Below, piece after piece: positions 60,511-64,000 of a DNA stretch of 64,000 nt. A program made the translations under genes and the position numbers. Location: the NCBI GenBank assembly GCA_013265495.1, contig MU058065.1:2209003-2273002 (forward strand). The letters are read 5' to 3'. The stretch's first letter is position 1; every line of letters starts with the position of its first letter. Origin of the DNA: Vicugna vicugna (Eukaryota). The notes below the pieces were generated by a model. That model had not been told where the DNA came from and searched no databases. It saw only the letters and a list, made by a program, of their open reading frames with translations.

Positions 60511-60715
60511 CAGTGGTTCGTTCTCAGCCAGGGGCAATTCCCCCTCTCTCCCAGGGACATTTGTCAGTGTCTGCACATATTTGGTTGTCACAACTGGGTG
60601 AGCCGTGGGTCGAGGCCAGGGTTACTGCTGAGCATCCTGCAGTACACAGGGCAGCCCTGCAACACAGAATCATCCAGCCCCAAATGTCAGTGGTGCCGAA
60701 GTTCTGCAACCTGGC
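60511..60715 (+). mobile_element. MER20 (hAT-Charlie)
   Basis: cagtggttc...ttctcagccagggg...ccagggacatttgtcagtgtctg...ttggttgtcacaactggg...gaggccagggttactgctgagcatcctgcagtacacagggcagcc...ccaaatgtcagtggtgccga. Confidence 0.92.
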
Positions 60716-62799
60716 TCTAGAATTTCTTTTTAAAAAAAGAAAAGAAAAAGAAATAACTTCCTAAAATACTTTTGATCACAACGTTCTTGTAAGACGGTGG
60801 CTTCTGTCATCGGCATTTGTACATAAAGTGAATTCGGGTGATTGCTGTGAAGGCCTGGCTTTTTCAACAAGGCCTTGGTTACGTAGAGAGCACTTCGGTG
60901 TCCCGTGTGCACATGTTGGATGCTGGCTGGGGCAGCGTGGCGAGCAGGACAGAGAAGGTGCCCGCTCCACCCCAAGGCATAAAGAGAAGGGGAGGTAACA
61001 AAGGTCCTAGTTGGAAGGAGCAAGACTAAGGCCGGGCTCTGCCCGGCAGGTCCTGCGATCTGCCAGGGGGAGGGTGTATCTGTAGAAGGAAGCCAGATCT
61101 GGACCAGGCTGGCCAAGCCATAGGCTCTGGTGGGGGTAGGAGTAGGGGCGGGTGTTTGCATCTCATCCGAAGAGCTCAGGGAAGCCATTGCAGGTTTGAT
61201 CCAGGTCTTGGTGTTGAGGGTCAAGGTCCGTCTTCCCTATCCACAAGGTCACTGGGGCAGTGCAGACAGTGGGTTGAGTGATGTCCTCTTGCAGGAATGT
61301 TGGTGGCTTGCTGAGCACAGAGGAGGGAGAGAGCGTAGACCATCAGGAGCTGTGTCAGAGGCAGAGGGACAGAGCTTGTGTGATGGTTAACATGGGGGAA
61401 GGGAGAGGATGGAGGGCGACTCCCAGACTTTCTGCTTATGCTCGTGGCTGGATGGGGAGCTGCACTTACTGAGATGTAGAACCTTGGGGGAGCAGCAAGT
61501 TTGAAGGGGGAGGAGTAGAATTTCCGTGAAAACAGGTAAGGAGACTTCTCTATTATCTTTCTACCCAATGTTTCTTTAGAAAAGAAAGTGGGTTTTAGAA
61601 TCCGCTCTGCTAGCTAAAATCTAAGCCATTTCTCCTGGATTACCTCTTCTCTCCAGTTACCATCATAATGGGTTTTCCAGTGACGCTCAGAATGACTCCA
61701 AAATGGCTTCCTTGGGCAATCATCAAGCGTTTTCTATATTAGCTATTTCCTCCATCTATGCGAATAAAACAACGAGACCCCGCTCACCATCTAGACTTCC
61801 GAGACAGGGCTTGTCTGGCTTTGCCACATGGACACTTTTTAAAAAATTGTGTTAGTCTAATCCTGCCCTGTATCGTTTGCCGTCGATAGGAAACATTTTC
61901 CTTATTCATCAGCCCAGCAGTCTTGTAAAGAACACCAGGAAAATCGCTAGAGCCTGACCTCCGGTTCCTAAGTCACTCAGTGTCCGCAGGTCCTTTCCTG
62001 ACCCCATCACCAGGGCCACTCGAGGAGGCTGCACAGAGCCCAGCTGCTGACCCCAGGAGGACAAGGCCATCAGGTCACCTTGTGACCAGAGGTGAGACTC
62101 TGCTAAAGTCACATGCTAGACCTTCAAGGCCTCCCATGGCAAAGAAATGAAAGAAATGGCCCACAACTGAAAAAAGACCAGGAGTAAATAGAAAAGGCAG
62201 CATTAAAGAGTCCCTTTGATTTTCGGAAATTGGAATTTGGGGATATTTTGCAGTTGAGGGAACTGTTAATGTGGGCTGGGGAGTAACCCTAAGAGGCTGA
62301 GGAGACAGACCAAGGACCCCTCACCCTCCATGACAATGGCAGTGTGGCAGAGCCACACTGCCGGCTGAGCCCTCGGTGTTCCAAGAGCTGTCCAGAGGAC
62401 CTGAGATATGTCACCTTTTTCCTTCCTAACAGCAGCCCATCAGGCCAGGACTGCTGTTGGACCCATTGCACAGATGGGAAGACCAGGCACAGTGAAGTTT
62501 GGCACTTGTCAAGGTCATGCAGCGAGTGGGCAGGGGACCTGGTCTGAACGTCAGTGGCTTGTCTTGGGGCCTACAGAGGACGAGAGGTCCAAGAAACAGG
62601 GCTGTCTCCAAACAAAGAATTATGAAAAGGCACAGTTATGCAAAACCAGATTTTTGATATCTTTTTTTCTTTGGAGTGTTGACATTTCTAGGGTGCTTGC
62701 AGTATTGGGAAAAGAATCAAAGTGAATAATAAAAAAGATCCGTCTTAAGGTACATTTGTTTGCTGACTATAATTTTAAAATAAGGTTTCTTATTTTGTA

Positions 62800-64000
62800 C
62801 TTTTTATTTTAAGACAGTTGTGGATTCATATGCAGTTACAAAAAGCAATAGAGAAAGATCCAACGTGTCATCTTCACCTGGTTCCCCCAAAGCTAATGTC
62901 TTATACAATGATAGCACATGACCGTAAAGACCACAGCTAACTAGGACGGGGCATTGTCCGTCTGTCCACCTTACCCAGAGTTCAGCAGTTTTACCTGTAC
63001 TTGTGTGTGGGTGTGTGTGGGTGTGGGTGTGGGTGTACTTATTTCTGTGCAGTTTTATCACACTGTAGAGTCGTGTCACCACCACGGTCAAGACAACAAT
63101 TTCACTACCAGGATTCCTCATGTCAGCCTCTTATATTCACACCCACGCACCGCCCTCCCAGCCTCCCTATTTCCCAGTTACCCCGAATATGTTCTCCATC
63201 TCTATAATTTTGCCATTTAAAAAAAGTCTTATGGATGGAATCATACAGTAGGTGCCCTTTTAGAGCTGACCTCTTTTCTCTCGGCGTAATTCCCTTGAGA
63301 CCATCCCAGTCATCACCTGTATCAACAGCTCATCCCTTCTTACTGCTGTGTGTCCCATGGGAGAGATGTGACACAGTTTATTTAACCAGCCCCTCATTGA
63401 ACAATGTCTGGGTTGTTTCCAGTTTGGGGCTTGTTACAAGTAAAGTTGCTACAAACATCGGGGCAGGCTTTTGCGTGAAGACCTGTTTCCATTTCTTTGA
63501 AATGAATGTCCAGGATTGCTAGATCATATGGTTAAATGCATGTAAGAAACTGCCAAACTGTTTTCCGGCATGGTTGTACCATTTTCCATTCCCACCAGCA
63601 ACGTGTGAGTGAGCTAGTTTCTCTGCATCTTCTCCAGCATTTGGTATCATCACTGGTTTTTATTTTAGCCATTCCAATAGGCGTGTAGTGACAGCCGGTT
63701 GTGGTTTTAATTTGCATTTTCCTAGTGGCTAATGATGTTCAACACCTTTTCATGGGCTTACTTGCCTTCTGTATGTGACCTTCAGTGAAATGTCAGTCCG
63801 TGTCTTTGGCCTGTTTTCTGATTGGAAAGTTTTTTACCTTTATGTTGTGAGAGTTTCTTATATATTAGACAGTTGTTGGATATGTTGGTTTGCAAATATT
63901 TTCTCCTGGCCTGTGGCTTGTCTCATCATCTTTGTAGAGTCCTTTGCAGAGCAGATATTTTTTGATTTTGATGAGGTCTGGTTTATCAGTTTTTCCTTTT
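62800..64000 (-). mobile_element. Old L1 (L1MB/L1MC1-like) 3'UTR and ORF2 end, running off the window
   Basis: ttgtggattcatatgcagttacaaaaagcaatagagaaagatcc. Minus ORF 63532-63717 (MQIKTTTGCHYTPIGMAKIK...CW...MVQP...VWQFL) is the L1 ORF2 C-terminal domain. Confidence 0.92.

Noticed and set aside
1..64000. A novel multi-gene or prokaryote-style system
   Set aside because: The window is accounted for by mammalian interspersed repeats, one promoter and intronic sequence. There is no operon-like ORF cluster, RNA gene array or intact mobile-element enzyme.

Overview
Mammalian genomic DNA, very probably camelid (alpaca/llama/camel). The clade call rests on three tRNA-Ala-derived SINEs of the Vic-1 type and young cetartiodactyl-type L1 3' ends. 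Bases 1-~45,000 are repeat-dense intergenic sequence: two decayed ERV-L proviruses with dUTPase remnants, about 15 MaLR (MLT1) LTRs with several nested, L1, L2, MIR and the hAT MITE MER53. A strong CpG island at ~45.0-46.3 kb has a GC box, a GATAAA element and a consensus splice donor (GCG|GTGAGT, 45828/45829). It most likely marks the promoter and non-coding first exon of a + strand gene whose first intron runs past the window end. I cannot identify the gene. No intact protein-coding exon is supported: the ORF track is explained by GC-rich open frames, TE fossils and chance. I found no evidence of a novel multi-gene system. The most interesting signals are retrotransposition mechanics (an L1 at an ERV-L deletion junction, a candidate L1 3' transduction inside MER53, a twin-primed inverted L1) and candidate regulatory elements (promoter G4, an ETS/CpG patch, an AP-1/TEAD motif cluster in intron 1). 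Repeat subfamily names come from recall of consensus sequences, and boundaries are approximate unless a TSD is quoted.
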